Translations under genes and position numbers: made by a program
Assembly: GCA_964016885.1 (NCBI GenBank)
Contig: OZ024743.1
Location: forward strand, 207,638,001-207,702,000
Source of the DNA: Eledone cirrhosa
Lineage: Eukaryota
Length of the DNA: 64,000 nt
Direction of reading: 5' to 3'
Shown: piece after piece, positions 61,061 to 64,000 of the stretch
Layout of the letters: every line of letters begins with the position of its first letter
Numbering within the stretch: position 1 is the stretch's first letter
The notes under the pieces: generated by a model
Seen by the model: the letters and a program-made list of their open reading frames with translations, nothing else
Database searches by the model: none
Told to the model about the DNA's origin: nothing

Positions 61061-61733
61061 CATCATCATCATCATCATCAACGTTTAACGTCCGTGTTCC
61101 ACGCTTACATGGGTTTGGACGGGGGTAGTCCCACTTGAGGCAAGAGTGATTGTCTTGCTCGCATAGGACTGTCTGGCAGGTTTTCTACAGTTGGATGCCC
61201 TTCCTAACACCAACCACATTTACAGTGTGGGTCTGGGAGGTTTTTACCGTGTTGCCTACACGGCCACATTACAGCGTGGACTGTGTGTTTTTTTGTCGTG
61301 ACACCTACACGATCTCATTTGTTTCGGCCTGGATGGCGCGGCACCAACATAACTTTACATAGAACGGGGTGGTGTGGATGGGGTGGGGGTGGTGGCGGGA
61401 CGGGGTGTATTTTGTTAGAGATGCCTACTGGCAAGGCGGGTCTTCTCTGTTACTGAGTACCGCCAAAGGTCTCGGTCCAGTGACATTGTCTTGGAGAGGT
61501 GTAAGTGTGTGAGGTCGGAGTTTATCAGCTCGTCCCAGGTTTTTCTAGGTCTGCCTATTCCGTGGCTACCGTCTATCTTTATTGCCCTGCACTTTGTTAT
61601 ACAGCTATCGACTTTCATGCGCATCACGTGTCCATACCAACGTAGCCTTCTCTCGAGTAAACAACATCTGATCCCTCTTATCTCTAATTTTTTCCTTAGT
61701 TCGTTTATGCTTTGCCGTTCACGTATATTACTG

Positions 61734-61735
<2 letters not shown>
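61061..61735 (-). mobile_element. Short 5'-truncated RTE copy, same family as 30376-32535
   Basis: Closely similar to 30376-31075; ORF MRMKVDSCITKC...GRPRKTWD...DRDLWR; (TA)n on both sides. Confidence 0.92.
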
Positions 61736-61785
<50 letters not shown>

Positions 61786-63006
61786 ATTTATATATATATA
61801 TATGTATGTACTGACACACATGTGAAAGCTTTGAGTTATATATGTGTGTAATGTTTATTTGCTTCTGTACATTATATATATACTTACACACACACACACA
61901 CAGATACACAGGCTTCCAGTTATATGTGTGTACTATGTTTGTTTATGTATGCTTGAATGTGATTCCATAAATATGCAATTTTGTAGTTAATTTATTTGCT
62001 TTGTTTTCTGTTGCCTAGACAATTATCATTAGTTAATTAATATATTTTATATTTACTGTATTAATTGTTTAAATGTTCATTACAAATTTCCATTAATAGG
62101 TCTGTTGGATTTTCTTTTAGAAAACACTTTTTATTTACATATTTTATCCAATGGGAAAAAAATCTTATCTGAATTTTAAAATATTTTTGTATTTCTTCTT
62201 GTTATTTTCCTTGAATATCTGTATATTCATATACATCCTGCCGAGCCTCACCCAGGGGCCTGCTCTGGGATGGGTAATGGTTTGTTATGACACATTTTTC
62301 CAGCTCCATAAATAACTGATTGTTACAAAATATATAATGGATAAAGTGCACCCTTTTGGGCAATTATTATTATTGCTACAAACTTTTTTTCCCTTAATCA
62401 TTTATTTCAGCAGTATATACATTTTAAATATTTTTTGTTATTAAATGTTTACTATATTATATATTCTATTTTAAATAAATATGTATATATAATCAATCAA
62501 TCTTTAATGAGTAATTTGATATTTTCTTAGAGTTTAGATTTTAAAAATAAAAACTCTTAGAATTTTTTTATGTTTTTCAACATTTTGTTAAGTGAAGTAG
62601 CTTTAAATTTTCTTTAAAAATCTCTCAAGTTGATCACTGTAAAATCACTATGTTTATTACAGTGAAATTATTGATCTCAGAAGCAAAGGTTTGTATTTCA
62701 TCTCAGGAAATCTAGCTGCTGTCTCACTTTAATTTTATTTAAATGTATGCATATGTGTATATTTGTTTGTAACTTTTTTTGTTTAATTTTATTGTTTAGC
62801 CCCAGGTCAAATCTAATAGAGTAGACCTTTGATCAAAGACGTTCTTACCATGATTATACTGTCATGTCTTTTGATTTCTTTTGCAGGCAGTGTAAACTAC
62901 ATCATTTAATATAATTTAAACAGATCTAAGATTAAAAACATTACATTGATTCTTTTTATTTTCCTAGATATTTTATATAAAATATGTAGGACTACATTGT
63001 CTAATG

Positions 63007-63320
63007 CAGGGGTGTGGAACAGGCGGCCAGCAGGCCACAATCCGGCCCGCCAGACCAGTCAGAGTGGTCCGCGATGACCGTTTTTAACCTTGGAGGCTTA
63101 TTTAGAATTTTTTTCATAACCGTAATACAATTTTCTGTTAGTTGACCTATACTTAAAGGGCTTCACTGATAGGGTTATGTGTGTTATAATTTCCCAGTTC
63201 CATGTTATGGAAAGAAGGTGTGATGAATCTTTGGAATAGTGCTTAATAAATATTCATGGCTCTAATAGTTGTTCCAATGTTCAAAAGTGGCCCGCCAATG
63301 GAATATGTTGCACACCCCTG
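63007..63320. mobile_element. hAT (Charlie-like) MITE
   Basis: TIRs CAGGGGTGTG/CACACCCCTG, subterminal GGCCCGC motifs, degenerate 8-bp TSD GTCTAATG/GGCTAATA with central TA. Confidence 0.78.
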
Positions 63321-64000
63321 GGCTAATATATTCTTTCTTTTGTTTGAAATATTAGGGTGGGATCTCAGGCTTAGACATTTCTAACAGGTTGAGCTCTACA
63401 TAGAACCTCATTTGTTAACCCAGTTGCTAATTTGTTGTATTTGAAACTTTGATCTTCATTGGTAAATATTTTAATGGATGTTTGTATAAAGAAACATTTT
63501 AATCAATATTATTTTGAAGTTCAAGTCATAAGTTTACAATATGTCTGTTGGATTTAAATTTCTATTTTACATTTTACTTTCCTCAAAAGTATTAGAGGGA
63601 GGCTCTGGCACCCCTTGTGGTGTGTAACTGATTGACACACTTAGTGTTGAATTGATGGGTTTTTTTCACTTTGTTTTTATATTTTTGTGTTACATTTATA
63701 AGGTTCCATGAATTCTATTTTTATGTGAAATTTGATAATTATACAAAGTGGAGATGTTTTTCAACCATTTGATCGAGTGACTGACACGATATGGAAGGTG
63801 TAGGCCTTGTGCCTAAAGTAGAAACAATTATTGAATTTTTTATGAATTCTTATTCATCAATAATTTTCTTTCAATTAGAAATTAATCTTTTCCATTAGAG
63901 AGTTGTGTACAAGTATCTAAATGTTTAAAGCATATCAGAAGAACTTAAGCATACTCCATATTCCTTACTTAACCATATTCCTTACTTAACCATGTTCCTT

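Noticed and set aside
60242-61128. Cys/His-rich metallothionein- or zinc-finger-like ORFs
   Set aside because: Translations of the 45-bp tail-derived minisatellite, starting in an (ATG)n tail.
53473-62910. Candidate downstream NKAIN exons after AG sites at ~53472, ~55287, ~59896 and ~62887
   Set aside because: Phase-1 translations stop quickly or show no NKAIN similarity.

Overview
Repeat-rich eukaryotic DNA; the SINE/RTE families, microsatellite load and AT-rich background suggest an octopus-like cephalopod (inference). The only host gene I can support is NKAIN (Na+/K+-ATPase beta-interacting protein) on the + strand, with two coding exons (9407-9619, 51367-51427) separated by a 41.7-kb intron that is about 70% tandem repeat. 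The rest is intronic: an apparently intact RTE-clade LINE (- strand, running off the left edge) with a PHD-type zinc finger inside its RT and tandem 5' monomers, truncated RTE copies, tRNA-derived SINEs, piggyBac-type and hAT MITEs, a mariner relic, seven satellite/minisatellite arrays, and six asymmetric palindromic inserts in (TA)n tracts that look like Penelope-like-element termini, two with recognisable hammerhead-ribozyme parts. Most long ORFs in the supplied track are repeat artefacts. All alignments and folds were done by eye, so repeat boundaries and copy numbers are approximate.
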